A stretch of DNA of 64,000 nt from Klebsormidium nitens (GCA_000708835.1 DF236986.1:124001-188000); one strand, 5' to 3'; counted from the first letter of the stretch, positions 25,201-38,550 are shown. The notes: a model not told the origin generated them from the letters alone. Numbers and translations: made by a program.

Positions 25201-25915
25201 TGTAAGACGATCGATCCCAGGAATCGAAGTGAAAACGTTCTGGCAGATTTGGTGCATTAGGAGCCAGCGACCTCTGATTCGACTTTCCAATGGACTAGAA
25301 CGAGATTGGGTGAGAGGGATGCGCCTCGCCTGTGTGAGAAGGTGCTCACCTCGACCAATGAATGCCGTTCGACGACGTCGCCAGCCCCAGGCTCCCAAAG
25401 CTGGGGTCCGCTAGCGGCATCGCTTTTCCCTCATCAGAAGAGGCCCTGCCGTGGTACCACATGCACCACCGCTCCTCATTGTCGCTGAGATACCGCCTCA
25501 CAACAGGGCCTCCCACTGCATGAGAGTCCCAGGCCCCCGCTTCTCCCGCGGGAAAGATCAGGCCCTCAGCATTTTCGCCTGTTGGGAGGGGTTTTCTCCG
25601 CTCAAGGGGCTGGGAGACTGCTGATTGGGAAGCGGAAGGAGGAGTGCAAGGTTTCTTGTGAGAGAGGGGAGTGATGGGGGAGGTGTGGAAGAGATTGGCA
25701 AAGTGAGCCGGCGAAGTACCGGTTGCGAATTGTGTGAACCTTAAGGGTTTGCTTGACCTGCGGAGAATTGCAGACACGTTGAAATGATTGGCGCAATGTC
25801 TTGCAACGACGCATTTAACAGGAAACCCAGTCTTTGAGGTAGCAGGGGATGACTTGCATGCCCTCGCAGCCAATGAACTGTGCAACAGCGGAGCGGAGGC
25901 CGTCGAATTGGCCAT
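22285..25915 (-). CDS. Five-bladed beta-propeller glycosyl-hydrolase-like protein (GH43/GH32/GH130 fold class) with predicted plastid transit peptide (about 492 aa). Exons 25915-25350, 24852-24717, 23994-23737, 22803-22285
   Basis: Repeated blade motifs WDSHAVGGPVV, WCMWYHG, GLATSSNGIHWSR, DWWTFDT, GLAMSQDGKNWARIEGEHHSGALFDVG, WDALFVGCPQVV, GLARSREGVRW and WRLYYVG match a conserved plant protein family as I recall it. The N-terminus is Ser/Ala/Arg-rich and phases are consistent. The exon 2 donor could lie 3 nt earlier. Confidence 0.88.
22804..23050 (-). repeat. Two intronic degenerate copies of the acceptor plus start of the last beta-propeller exon
   Basis: The real exon begins VVFYVPQDLRMFYHSLDT at 22803. 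The copy at 22924 reads VVFHVPQDPRMFYHSLDTF with an intact cag acceptor. The copy at 23026 reads VVFQIPQDLRT with the acceptor mutated to caa. Offsets are 121 and 102 bp. Confidence 0.9.
23995..24215 (-). repeat. Intronic copy of the acceptor plus first ~120 nt of beta-propeller exon 3
   Basis: The real exon at 23994 reads VRAQSGVYWLYYSGGDAEELPLPELLSMPGGSPPG. The copy at 24198 reads VRAQSGVYWLYYSGGHAEELPPLELLAMPGKSPPG, then frameshifts and stops. Both are preceded by gttcgctcgcag-like acceptors; the offset is 204 bp. Confidence 0.92.
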
Positions 25916-26333
25916 GGCTGAGCGCCCCTCGTTGCTAAGCAATGCTGGCGTTTCTGAACATAAGTTGCATGCACAATTGCCTCTCCCAAAGCTCCCAGAA
26001 AATTGTTAGAATGCGCCACCATCAAGCTGCGCCAAACACAGGAAATGCTGCATTTGACCTGCCTCGTGTTATGAAGTTAGACGCACGAAACCCCCTATCT
26101 TAGGAGAAAGTTATCGTAACCCGCGCTTTGACCCCTAGGTTCTTCTTCGACTCTGCAGACCAATCAAACCTGGGTTCGATTCTTAACCCCTTTGGATAAC
26201 TCGGTCAACGTTGAGTCCCGGGTTAGAGCTGCATTGAAAGGAGGGGCAATGCAGGAGCTGGGCACCATCCCACATACCTACCTTGCTTCAGGCTTAGGAA
26301 TGGCTTAGGTTCAAGGGTTCTCCATCGTGCGCC

Positions 26334-29300
26334 ATGGCATCTCTAGCAAGCAGACGAGCTTGCAACTGTGGCACATTTCTGCCGCGGCAGCCTGACTCGC
26401 AGCATGGCATCAATGTCACATACCCCAGCTTTCTGCTGCCTGCAAAAACAAACTCAAAATGGGCGCAGCCCGCATGCGCAGCTTCCAATGAAAGCCTTGC
26501 TAAGCGGAGCCAAAAGCGAAGCAGTCTTGTATCATGTCTACACGACAGAACGTCTCCTGGTTGTTCAGAAAGATTTTTGAAGGAGCACAGGCTAGGTGGA
26601 GCCCGGGAAAGTGACACACGGAAGCGGTCAGTTGCAAGGAGAGCAACTGAAGATGGCGATGGAGCTTCTTCAGGCAAGTCCGGTCTTGTTTCTTTCTTTT
26701 GAAGAGAAGAATTGAATAGAATCAATATATCATCTCAAGGTCTAGTATGATCTACAGACTTACCATTTTGTCTGCACTCAATGGTGGTGCTGCTCCGTAC
26801 GTGAGCAATGAAAGGCGTCTTTTGGAACGAATAGGTCTGCTGTAATGTGGGAGAAGAAAGCAAATCTCACACTCTTTTACGTTTTCCTTGGTTGGGTTTC
26901 GGCTTATCTTTGAAGCTAAGACCGTGTTTTGGTCAAGGTTCTCTTCATCAAGTTTGGTGTTAATAGATCAGCTCCCTTCATTATGAATGCCATCATCAAA
27001 GTAGCAATCATATTCAGCTTGCGTTCTTTCTTCTCCCAGCACAAAGTACTGCCACCGTTGACATCAGGATCGTGAAAAGAGCTGCCAATTCTGAGGGCGT
27101 TTAGCCCCTGTTCCTCCACAATCTTCTGTCACTAACATGAAGGGTCCAACAATGAATGAAAGGGTGACCTTTCTGACATGACTCACTTGTTCACATTTAC
27201 TGCTCTTAGTACCTGCTTGATCAAAAGAACTAGATAGAGACTGTTGGTCCAACCGTGGTCAAATCGTCACAGCCGCTGTCTCCCCCATCTGCTCTATTCT
27301 GCGGCCTGCAACAAACCTTCTGCTTATTTGAAGTCACATCCCGTAGCTTCTCTAAGTCAACACCTGCTGCATTCACCTTCGCCCAGCGATTGTCCCAGAA
27401 GCTCCCGACGTCCTTATCTTGGCCTGCCTTGTCAGAGTATAACAGTGTCAACTCAAAGCAATCCGTTTGGTCTTGCAGAGCCGCTGCAAGTGGAGAATGG
27501 AGATACCGTCACGGTTCACTACCGATGCATGACCAGCGACGGCAGGGTATGCTGCTGAAATTCCAAAGTACCTTCGCGCTCTTCATGTGTTTGTCCTCAT
27601 GTCAAAAGCGCCATGCTGACGTCATGTTCTTCCTGGACCTTGTGAAAACCATCTGATGAATCTTTGTGTCGGTTCCCCGTTTACTCACTCATGCGCACCA
27701 TCCCTGCTCTGCTCCTTTTCAAGTTTGTTTCCATCGCAAGAGTCCAAATATGGTTGCAGGGTTACAGACAGGTGCCAGGCAGACGTGATCGATCCGTTCT
27801 TTCAAGGCGTGATGTTTCCCATCCATTGAAACAAGAAGAGCAGGCAAATGGCTGTCAGCTTATCAAGCGAGTTGCAAAGTTAGAGGGGGGAGAATGAATG
27901 CAGTGTCCACTACAAATACTTCGCCCTAATAGCCATGAGTCCACCAAGTTCATGATGAAGTCTAGCAGTCACAAGTGCTCGGACGTTCTCGATCTGGCAG
28001 AGAACCCAACTGTTCTTCCTGCAGTTGCTGCACTCCTCAGACGCCCAAGAGCCCCTCACTTTCGTCTCAGGGGCGGGGGACGTCGTCGGCAACCCGTTGT
28101 TCCAGGTGTGCCTTCGTGCTTTTGGTCATTAGTCGCTCTGGCCCCATCTTGCCAACAAGACTGAAACCAAGAACGAATCGAAACTTGAAAAGGTCTAATT
28201 GGGGCTAAGCCGAAGAAGAAAGAGTGGGGCGTAGGTTGGAGGGTTGAGAAAGATCCGAAGTGCAGAATGTTCCGTCCGCAGTCAATTCGATCAGATGAAA
28301 TTACGTGGTCAACTTCATCTTCCTTTACCGATTTACTACAAAGTGCTTCTCCAAGTAGCTGGGTGTTCATAACCTAGGCAAAACCTACGCAATAACTGCT
28401 TGCCGCAGCTAAGAACGTAATGTTTCTAGGCTGGTTATGTGTTCAGGCTCGGTGATCAATCTAGGCTGTCTTGCCTGAGGCGAACTAACGCAACCCCAAT
28501 CACATGATGGAAAGTTGCGCTTTAGAGAAGCGTCGTTTCTGAGAAGCAGAAACATATCACGCTTCTGGGCCCGTTCTGAAGAAAACATACAAACGGTCTC
28601 CAAGTTGCAGGTGTCTCGATTTCCGTCTTGCTTCCAGGTTTTCAAGCTTCTTTTCTAACGTCTCCCCTATTCCGGCTGCAGGAGTTTGACCAGGCAACGC
28701 GGGATCTGACCGTGGGCGAGAAAGGCTACGTCCAAGTGAGCTTTGGGGACAAATGACTTTCGGTATCATATTCCCGACTTTCTCCTAGCGACTCTGGTTC
28801 TTGCGTTTAACTTGATTCTTCACTTCCGCATAAATCGAAGTCGGTTTTACTATTTTTTCTTTCTGTTTAAAATCACGCCTTTTGTGAGACCCTTCGTCTC
28901 CTGTTGATATAGACATATGCCAAGCTACGTGGACACCTACAGCGTGAACGTTGTTCACAGTAACCTTGTCGCATTCCGCCGTCGTGAATTTGAAAGTTCG
29001 ATTGCTGTACACGAAGTTCTCTGCGACCCTCCCGATTTAAGTATTCGTGTTTTGCCAGACTCATCCGCTTCACTTCTGCAATGTCCCAGGCTGTGGGCGA
29101 CGAATGGACGGAGGACCTGGTCTTTGACGTGCCTAGGGACCACGAAGAGGTCGCCCGTCTCGAGGCGAGCGTCGAGGGCACCGACGAAGGGCCGCTAAAA
29201 CCGGGCTCCGTGGTGCAGCTGATCAATGGAAACCCGGCCATCGTCGTGGCGGTAAGTACGCGACTATCTTCATACTCTGTGAATGTTCTTTGTGTCCTAC

Positions 29301-29836
29301 ACGTTGGGGACAGGTTGTTGTACGCAGTTTCAAAGACCTGGGAGAGTCTCTAAAGAAATAAAGCATCGTTCACAACGAAGCATCGTTGTCAGAGGAGGTG
29401 GTTATTCTGATAATCTGATTACAGCTGATACAATTCTCATTGGGATTCAAACGGTGCATCCGGTTCAGAAAGACAAGCGCTTAGCAAGGCTGTTCTTGCT
29501 GCGGCTTTTGATGAAAGTTGAGCAACGTAAGTTCTTTCTGAACCGCATCCTGGGAGCGTTTACCCTCTTAGTAACAACCAATCAGGTCACCAAGCGGCAA
29601 GTTGGTGTGAGCGAATTCACTTGGACACGGCCAAGGCTGGAAGCAGATTTCGCAGGACCGGTTTAGGGGCGGCAGTGTGTTCTTGTGGTGACAACTCTGT
29701 CTCGTTTGTGCAGATTGACGATGAGCACGTCCGAATAGATGCAAACCACCCTCTTGCAGGGTCGACGTTGAGTTTCGAAGTAGAGGTTGTGAACGTTGAG
29801 AAGGCTAGGAAAACAGTCACTTCGACTCCTTCTTAG
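26334..29836 (+). CDS. FKBP-type peptidyl-prolyl isomerase, SlyD/FkpB-like with insert-in-flap domain and N-terminal transit-peptide-like extension (about 275 aa). Exons 26334-26673, 27479-27546, 28025-28105, 28682-28735, 29090-29251, 29714-29836
   Basis: VENGDTVTVHYRC...EPLTFVSGAGDVVGNPLFQ|EFDQATRDLTVGE...and the SlyD-family C-terminal signature IDANHPLAGSTLSFEVEVV. Joining exon 1 requires a GC donor (AG|GCAAGT at 26674), so the first exon is less certain than the rest. Confidence 0.85.
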
Positions 29837-30793
29837 CATCTTAGCCAAAGAGACATACGTTGAAGTTAGAGATGTGTCGAGTCATTTTGCACGGAGATCT
29901 GGCTATCATTGAAAGATATACGATTGGCAATGAACTGGCATCAGACTCAGAAAGTCTCACCACGATCCAAATAACAAAGCTGAGACGAGTACGACTACGG
30001 TTGCCTAAAAGCCGCCGTATTGCGTCTTCTTCGGCCTTTCTCAAGGCATACATCTGAGTACTTAAGAGGACTTAAGAGTGCCCGATTGTTCTATGGTCCA
30101 GATTCCTCATCCCACATGCACGGTACAACTCTGGTTGCAACTGCATTCATCATCGGCCACATTGTCTCTTACCACATGTATTGCCTTCACATGACAGATG
30201 CGCCCACGATGCGCCCTACTTGCGACTGTTATGAAGAGGTGACAAGTGTAACAATTGACCACTTCATGCATCATGTGAAGCTGATGAGTCATGACCAACA
30301 AACTGAGCTGCCCGCCATGAACAAACAACCCGGCTAAGAATATCAAATACTGTATTCGACTGACGACAGAGCAAACTCGAGAACAGCTAGATCAGAAGCG
30401 CTATGCACCTGGCCGGGTGTGCACGCGTTCATTAATACGAAGTGACCATCAGAATCACCTTCGCGCCAACTGTTGTCGATGTTCATGCCCGGGACTCTAG
30501 ATTCTTCTGAAACCTCTGCTGGTACAATGACCCTCCGATCGACAGATACAGTTCATGAGAGCAATATCGGACGGCTGAACGCGTTCCCTTGACAGTTGGC
30601 TCCCAGGTAACAGTGAAAGCCAGCCCGAACAAAATAATTGAATTGAGAGGGTGCCCTGCTTCTTCAATCCTGAGGAACCGTAGGAGCTCAAAATTCTCCG
30701 TTTAGCAAGAAACGCAGCTTGGGAGGTTGCGGGGTTGCACCATCAGCAGACCATTTGTTCTCCGCACTGCACAGAGGCATTGCATCAGTTATC

Positions 30794-33700
30794 ATGGCGA
30801 CCACCACCGAGGATGTCAGGCTCGTGAGCGAGGGGGAGACGGAGACCTTTGCGTTCCAGGCGGAGATCAATCAGCTGCTGAGTCTGATTATCAACACCTT
30901 CTACAGCAACAAGGAGATCTTCCTCAGGGAGCTGATCAGCAATGCTTCAGATGTGAGCTATTGACTTCTGACCTGTTTGAGTTCATGAACAATGTCATGG
31001 TAGACGATCGTCAATCCGTTCCACACATGGATATAGGCGTGCTCCTTGTGGTAGATCTGTTGATGGTTCCTGTGGATCACGGGCTTTGCAAGTCCGATGT
31101 AATGTCCTCTTAGCTTTGTTGGCGGGAGATGCATTTTTGGTAATGCTTTCAGCACCACAATTGGATCGGGAGTCTAGCGTTTGCCTTTTGGTAACTATCT
31201 GTGTGGTGGCAGCCCAAGGGGCTGAAGTCTTCTACTATTCTGGCTCCTGGCGTGTTTTGTTTCCTGTTTGGTAATGATCCACTACTTTGTTTGAGATTGC
31301 TGCAAGCTGTTTTGGATCCAGCGGTAATCGTATGTCCTACTGGCACACTGTGACAGTTGTGAATTGTCTAGGGCTCTCTGCTGCTAAGTGTCTTTCCTTG
31401 TTGACCATAGCAGGGCTTCTCTATATTGACCGCTTAATGGTTTCTTCCTTTTATTTTCAGTCACAACCTCATAATTGGCAAGCTGCTATTAACACCATTT
31501 GGCGTTTCTTATAGTCACTTTTCCTTTTGACGCCAGTCAACCTGCACATCTTCCTCATACAACGTCTATTGCGCTTCTCGGGGTACTGGTAGAAGGTTAT
31601 TGTTTGGAGCTACCAGATCTCCGCTAATCTGCAGTTTATTCTCTGCAGGCATTGGACAAGATCCGCTTTGAGAGCCTCACTGACAAGTCCAAGCTGGATG
31701 GCCAGCCCGAGCTTTTCATCCACATCATTCCTGACAAGGCGGCGAACACTTTGACCATTGTGGACAGTGGCATTGGCATGACCAAGGCCGGTGCGTAGAC
31801 ACTCTGTGTTCCTGCTTTTATGTTTGTTGTGTTCAAAATCAGCGCTAGGAGCAACTCGCACTATATGAGCAGGTTGCATCTTGGTGACCCTCATCAAAGC
31901 AGACTGAAAAGCCGTATACGTGTGTCCATAGATGCACTCATGTTGATGATGTGCGGTGGTGGTACTGGGGGTTGCAATCACTTATACTCCTTTTTTGTGC
32001 ACCAATCGCTCAGGCCTGTTGGCTGCTCTCGGCATGAGGATTGGGTTTGCCTCATTCGGTATAAGTTTTTGTTCAAAAGCTCATTTGGAAGGGTTTGGAA
32101 AGTTTTTTCCTTGGAACTGTCATTGACCAAGTTGCTGCCCGTCAAACCAAGGGCGCCAGAGCATGTGTCCGGCAGGGATGCTGGCGACCGCTTCTAGGAG
32201 GTATCTTGATCGCCAGGGCATTCTTGGGGTTTTCTTTTTGTTCACTCCTGGAAGGTCGTCGGAGGTTTGCTTTTGAAAGACGGTCGGTCGGTTGATAACA
32301 TGGGAAGCTCGAGAATTCAATGCTCATTAGTCAAACCTGGTAGAAGCGCTCTCAATAAATCTATCTGCAGAGAGTCCTAGTATCGTCATCTGTTATTGTA
32401 TGGTTAGTTTCAAATCAGTGCCTAACCTTTACGTTTTACTCGTCCAGACTTGGTCAACAACCTGGGGACCATTGCACGCTCCGGCACCAAGGACTTCATG
32501 GAGGCGCTCACTCAGGGTGCCGGTGACATCAGCATGATCGGCCAGTTCGGTGTCGGGTTTTACAGCGCTTACCTCGTTGCCGAGCGCGTCATCGTGACCA
32601 CCAAGCACAACGATGATGAGCAGTATGTGTGGGAGTCCCAGGCTGGCGGTTCTTTCACCGTCAGGAGGGACACGAGCGGAGAGGACATTGGTCGGGGGAC
32701 CAAGATTCAGTTGCATCTCAAGGAGGATCAGGTACGGTGGTTTTGGGTGAACTTGGTCGGGTCTATGGACAGGTTCCTGCTTTTAGTTGGGGAGTTAGGT
32801 TTTCGCTCTCAAAGCGTTCAGCGTGGAACCAGAATCTCAGTAGCCCTGAGTGATTATTGAGTGGTTATGATGATCTGTCAAAATGTTTCTCCATGCCACC
32901 ATCAGGTAAAGTGCTGAGCCAAAGCACTGGAAGCCTCGAGGAACAGAGATTAGCTATCATCAATCCTAATTTAGGCATTTTGTAGTGGTGCGCTTGATTG
33001 AGAGCGGGAGGAGTTCAAGGTCATATGAAGCTTTTCTGAAGGATTAGACCCTCTGCTGGTTTCTTGGTAAGTGAATACTCCACTGCTGAGCTGACGCGTT
33101 GTATCTCGTGCTGCAGCTTGAGTACGTTGAGGAGAAGCGGCTGAAGGAGCTGGTGAAGAAGCACTCGGAGTTCATCAGCTACCCCATCTCGCTGTGGACA
33201 GAGAAGACCGTTGATAGGGAGGTGTCGGACGATGAGGAGGAGGAGGAGAAGAAGGACGACAAGGCTGAGGAGGGCAAGATCGAGGAGGTGAGCGCTGTCT
33301 GATCGAGCGATTAGTGACAGACAAAGGCTTGGTTCTTGCGCACGTTAGAATCCACCAAGCATTTGGGTGGGTGTCACAATTGTACATTGGAGTCGATTTT
33401 TGGATTGAAAGATGAGTTGTTGGGGACGTGACATGACAGTGGTGGCACTTGGTCATAGCGGTCCTATCTGAAGTTTGATTTCAGCAGATATCACAGGTTT
33501 CCTTTCTACATTTTCACATGGTGCATTGTGACTGGATCGATCTGGTTACCCATGTGACTTGCAGTCATGTAGTATTCTGGGGTCATAATGTGGTGGTTTC
33601 CATGTTGATGAAGGTGGAAAGGGCATCCTTGATGCATTTGTAAAGACTGCTGTGCTTATGAACAAGACCATCCTGGTCATGTTCACCACCTTCAAGCATG

Positions 33701-36700
33701 TGATGCTGTTTGGCTGGTAATAGAAGGTGTGCAGATTTGGAGATCTTGCTTTTTGCCAGGTGGATGAGGACGAGGAGAAGGAGAAGAAGGAGAAGAAGAA
33801 GAAGACGGTCAAGGAGGTGACGCACGAGTGGGCGCAGGTCAACAAGCAGAAGCCCATCTGGCTGCGCTCCCCCGACGAAATCACCAAGGAGGAGTACGCC
33901 GCGTTCTACAAGTCCCTCTCCAACGACTGGGAAGAGCACCTCGCCGTCAAGCACTTCTCTGTCGAGGGCCAGCTGGAGTTCAAGTCGGTCCTGTTTGTGC
34001 CCAAGCGCGCGCCTTTCGACCTGTTCGACGGGAAGAAGAAGGCGAACAACATCAAGCTGTACGTGCGGCGTGTGTTCATCATGGACAACTGCGAGGACCT
34101 TATCCCCGAGTACCTGAGCTTTGTCAAGGGTGTCGTCGACAGCGAGGACCTGCCGCTCAACATCTCGCGTGAGATGCTGCAGCAGAACAAGATCCTCAAG
34201 GTGCGCCGCAGCTTGTTCTGCTTATTCCCAACTTCTGCAATTTTCGGACCCCGCCGGGAATCATAATCGGATTGGAAGCATCTGATTCAATCAGAGAAAG
34301 TCTGCCCTTGCCCTTGTTCGTTCTGACTAACAGGTTGCTTCCAGCATCTTGACCTCCCCTATTTCAGTGGAGAGCTGATCCTTTTCTGGTGATTCCGGAG
34401 CTCGTTTGGATCTTGTCAAGCCCCATTTGAAATCTCAAAAGCCATCAGTCTTCTCCGTCTCAATGCTCGGTCAAGGGCAATCTCGGTCTGCCCTGGTCCC
34501 CTGATTGCTTGTACAACTTCCTGATTGCAAGTCCCCAAACCCGGTTGCCTGACGGATCTGCACCGTTACAGAGTATCTAACTTGGTTACTGCACCCGCTT
34601 GCAAGCTCAGAATCAACCGCTGGGCCCAAACCCTCTTCTGCGAAGGCATGCACGTCCGATGGCTGATCATTTGCTGACCCGAAAACTACTCGTTCGCAGG
34701 TCATTCGCAAGAACTTGGTGAAAAAATGCATGGAGATGTTCGGCGAGATTGCTGAGAACAAGGAGGACTACGCCAAGTTCTACGAGTCCTTCAGCAAGAA
34801 CCTGAAGCTGGGCATTCACGAGGACAGCCAGAACCGGCCCAAGCTCGCGGACCTCCTGCGCTACCACTCCACCAAGTCGGGCGGCGAGGTGAGGGCCGCC
34901 GATTTTTTCACAAGCAGCTTCAAGGCCCTTTCCGCAATTTGAAGGGTTCGATCGGAGAGGCAGCTGTCAGAAGCTTGTCGTGGTCAGCTTCTCTTTCTAC
35001 TAGGAGTACGGAGGATTGCCGTATCTACGGCCGTCCTGATAGGCCTCACCCGAGTCTAGTGCTCTCACTCTGCTGATTCTTCTTATCGAAGTGGCAGATG
35101 TTTGTTCTGCACACATCCTGTGCCCAGACTTCCTACAACGAAGTCAAACTTACTCCTTTGATCTCCAAGCAGGCCTCGATGCGACTATCTGAAGACGTCC
35201 ATGTCAAACTAGGCGGTTTTCAAGGCTGTTTCGTTTTCTGGTGATTGCAAAAGCTTGATGTATCTACGACTTGGTTCCCGTAGCCTCAATTGCAGATCTT
35301 GGCGCTCGTAAGGTCAAAGTTCGCTCACATGACTCTATACTCCCGTCGTTTCTTATTTTCCATTTCGACCCCCTGCAGCTTACGAGCCTCAAGGACTACG
35401 TCACCCGCATGAAGGAGGGGCAGAGCGACATTTACTACATCACGGGTGAGAGCCAGAAGGCGGTGGAGAACTCGCCGTTCCTGGAGCGCCTCAAGAAGAA
35501 GGGCCTCGAGGTCATCTTCATGACGGACGCCATCGACGAGTACGCGGTGCAGCAGCTCAAGGAGTATGACGGCAAGAAGCTCGTCTCCGCCACCAAGGAG
35601 GTAAGCGCATGCTTTTCTTCGCAGGGCGAGCATCTTTTTGAAGCAAGGCTGTGGTTTTGGGCGGCGTCTTCTGTATTCAGTGAGCCGTTTGGACGGGCCC
35701 ATCACTTTGAACTTCAAAGTGCCTGACTTTGCAGATGCGTCCGATTCGCTGGTACTTTGTTTCGTGGATTGTATGGTCTTTGCCACAGCAGCCGCAATCC
35801 AATCGTCCAGGACTCCAGGATGCAACCTGGTTGATAAAAACCAGGATGGATCTGTATTGCCACTTACGTTTATTCAACTGCTTCTGTTGGATGGTTTCAT
35901 CGAAACTCGCTTTGCTTGGTAAGATTGGGTTATTGCTTATCTGGAACTCTGGACCGTGTTGTCTGGCCCTTTATGAGTTCTTTCGCTCAGCTTATCCGAG
36001 CTTACTCGGTCGCTTCACGTGCTTTCGGTTTGTTCAGTACCCGTGTTCCAGCAATACCAAAGTATGATATGGATTGAAATACAGAGTCTCTCCAAATCTG
36101 GCCCTCCTAAGTCTGCCATTTGGCATTAAAACCATGACAAATCTCAGATTTCAAAAGCTAGCACTAACAATTTTTAGGGCAACTCTGACCCATACTCTCC
36201 CCATTTGTGCAGGGCCTCAAGCTGGAGGAGTCCGACGAGGAGAAGGCCAAGAAGGAGGAGGAGAAGGCGCAGTTCGAGGGCCTGTGCAAGGTCATCAAGG
36301 ACATCCTGGGCGACAAGGTCGAGAAGGTCGTCGTCTCGGACCGCATCGTCGACTCGCCGTGCGTTCTCGTCACCGGGGAGTATGGCTGGAGCGCCAACAT
36401 GGAGCGCATCATGAAGGCGCAGGCGCTCAAGGACAACGCAATGAGCGGCTACATGAGCAGCAAGAAGACGATGGAGATCAACCCGAGCAACGCCATTGTG
36501 CAGGTAAGGCTTGCGTGTGGTTTGGACTCGTTGTGCGGGAATGTGTTTAGATCGGTCAACATCCGTGGGTTTCCAGGCCTTTCCGGGTCGAAGATTTGAC
36601 TCATCAACTGCTAATGTTCAGGTGAAGTAAGTGGTTTGTGTTCCGGCCGTTCAGTCTACATGGTTCATATTCATGCTGAGGGTTTGGGTCGTTTCACTTG

Positions 36701-37742
36701 GTGAATAGGCCAACAGAATCAAGGGTGGTGCAGTCATAGTTTCCGTGTCGTCGGGTATGGTGATGAATTGGGGGTTGCCATCGTGCAATTGCGGGCGGTT
36801 TGTGGTTAGAAAAGGCGTTTGGCGTCGCTTTTGCGGCATGTGTGAACGGTCCTGCCTCCGAGAGCGGCACTTTGCATGCTTGCGTTTCGGCGGGCATATC
36901 TGCTTAATAACCATGATTTTCCGCCTGTCGTTCACCTTGAGGGCGGCACTAGACGCGCACACCCTCAGCAATCGTTCGGGACAGAGACCGCACATCATTT
37001 CGATGCGGACGAACTTCGTTGGCTTTCTGGTCTCTGTCCGAGATCACTGTCCTGACAGTCCACGTGGCGCCTTCTGATTGCAGGAGCTGAGGCAGCGGTC
37101 GGAAGCTGACAAGAGCGACAAGACCGTCAAGGATCTGGTGCTCCTCCTCTTCGAGACCTCTCTGCTGACTTCTGGCTTCAGGTGAGCCGTTTCGCCGCTA
37201 ACCTAGTCAGTACTCACTCATGGCCGCGAGTATTCCCTTCTGGCTTGTCGTCAGTGGTCTGAAGTCTCGTGGCTTGCACATTTGCAGCAGAGTATATCGG
37301 TCCAAGTGGCTCACAGAAGCTGAGCGGTTGAAGATGCAGAAACAAGTGGTCAGTTTCTTTTCTGGCGAGGAGAACTGTGTGGCTCATTATTCAGCGCCTC
37401 TCTACGGCCAGTGTGAAGATTTCCTGTAGACAGTCTTGTCCGCGAACGTCCCCCAATGTCCTAATCGACCTTTGGTCGGATCTGGTGGACTCTCGGGAGG
37501 GTTCAGAAACCTTCGGACGATGGGAGAGAGGCTTGTATGATGCTCTTTTCGAGGTGTTGATGGCCGTTCCGTTTCTTGGCAGCTTGGACGAGCCCAACAC
37601 CTTCGGAAACCGCATCCATCGGATGATCAAGCTGGGCCTGAGCATCGACGAGGATGCCGCCGCCGAGGAGGACGATAGCGATCTACCCCCCCTCGAAGAC
37701 GCTGCAGCTGAGGAGGGCAGCCGCATGGAGGAGGTCGACTAA
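30794..37742 (+). CDS. HSP90: Cytosolic heat shock protein 90 (about 718 aa). Exons 30794-30952, 31649-31790, 32448-32731, 33117-33287, 33760-34200, 34700-34888, 35379-35600, 36213-36503, 37084-37181, 37583-37742
   Basis: [95 protein letters not shown] and the C-terminal MEEVD* that marks the cytosolic isoform. All nine introns are GT-AG and in phase. Confidence 0.99.
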
Positions 37743-38550
37743 TTGATGACTGAAGCTGTTTGGGGACAGTTCTGAGCTGTCGGAAATGTCGGGAAACGAG
37801 TCTGCATTTGAGATGCTAGTCGCGCTTTGCTGGAGTAGGGCTTTGACGGGTTGGCACTGCTTATGGCTCACGGAGTACCTGAGTTGAGGACAGCCTTGTT
37901 GAAGATTGCTTGATGCGCACATATGTGAGCGAATGGGAATTTAGTACTGTCGTCAGGTATGCTTGTTGCGACAGAATAACGACTGTCAGTTGCAATGCTT
38001 TTCATTGAGCTCATGATGTTTGAAATTCAGGAATGGTACTGCGCTTGCTGAGCTCGTCATGACTGGGCGTATGTCTTCACACAATACTAACTTGTCCTTG
38101 GATCAACGGCAAAAGCTCAAGTTGCGAGCAGAGAGCGAGAGCTATGAACAGCTGTGTGCCCAGCTGATCTGCCTCTGTTGGCCAATGATCACCTTTCATG
38201 GATACATGTGGCGATGTTTGAAGCATTTGTTCTTGGAGTCATCAGCTACCTATACACGCTTTATCTCAGGCTGCATGCTAGCTCGACACGTACCATGGTA
38301 ACTAGCCCAATGGTAACTTCCAATCAATTCACCTTGAGCATTTGCGTGCTAGTTTAGGGCATGCTAAGCATGATGCAATTAGAGTCATAAGGGCAACAAT
38401 GGTCCCCACTCATGTTGTAACATGTCCCCACTCATGTCCCCACTCATGTTGCAACAAAGCTGAGATGTACATGCATGCATCATGCTTGCCACTCAGTCTT
38501 ACATCAAGCAAATGCTCAGTGAACAGTACGCGCTTCCATAGTTCACGTAC

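Noticed and set aside
30340-30793. Heat-shock elements upstream of HSP90
   Set aside because: I found only an imperfect run (CTC-ta-GAT-tc-TTC-tg-AAA near 30497-30512) with one perfect module, which is not enough to call an HSE.
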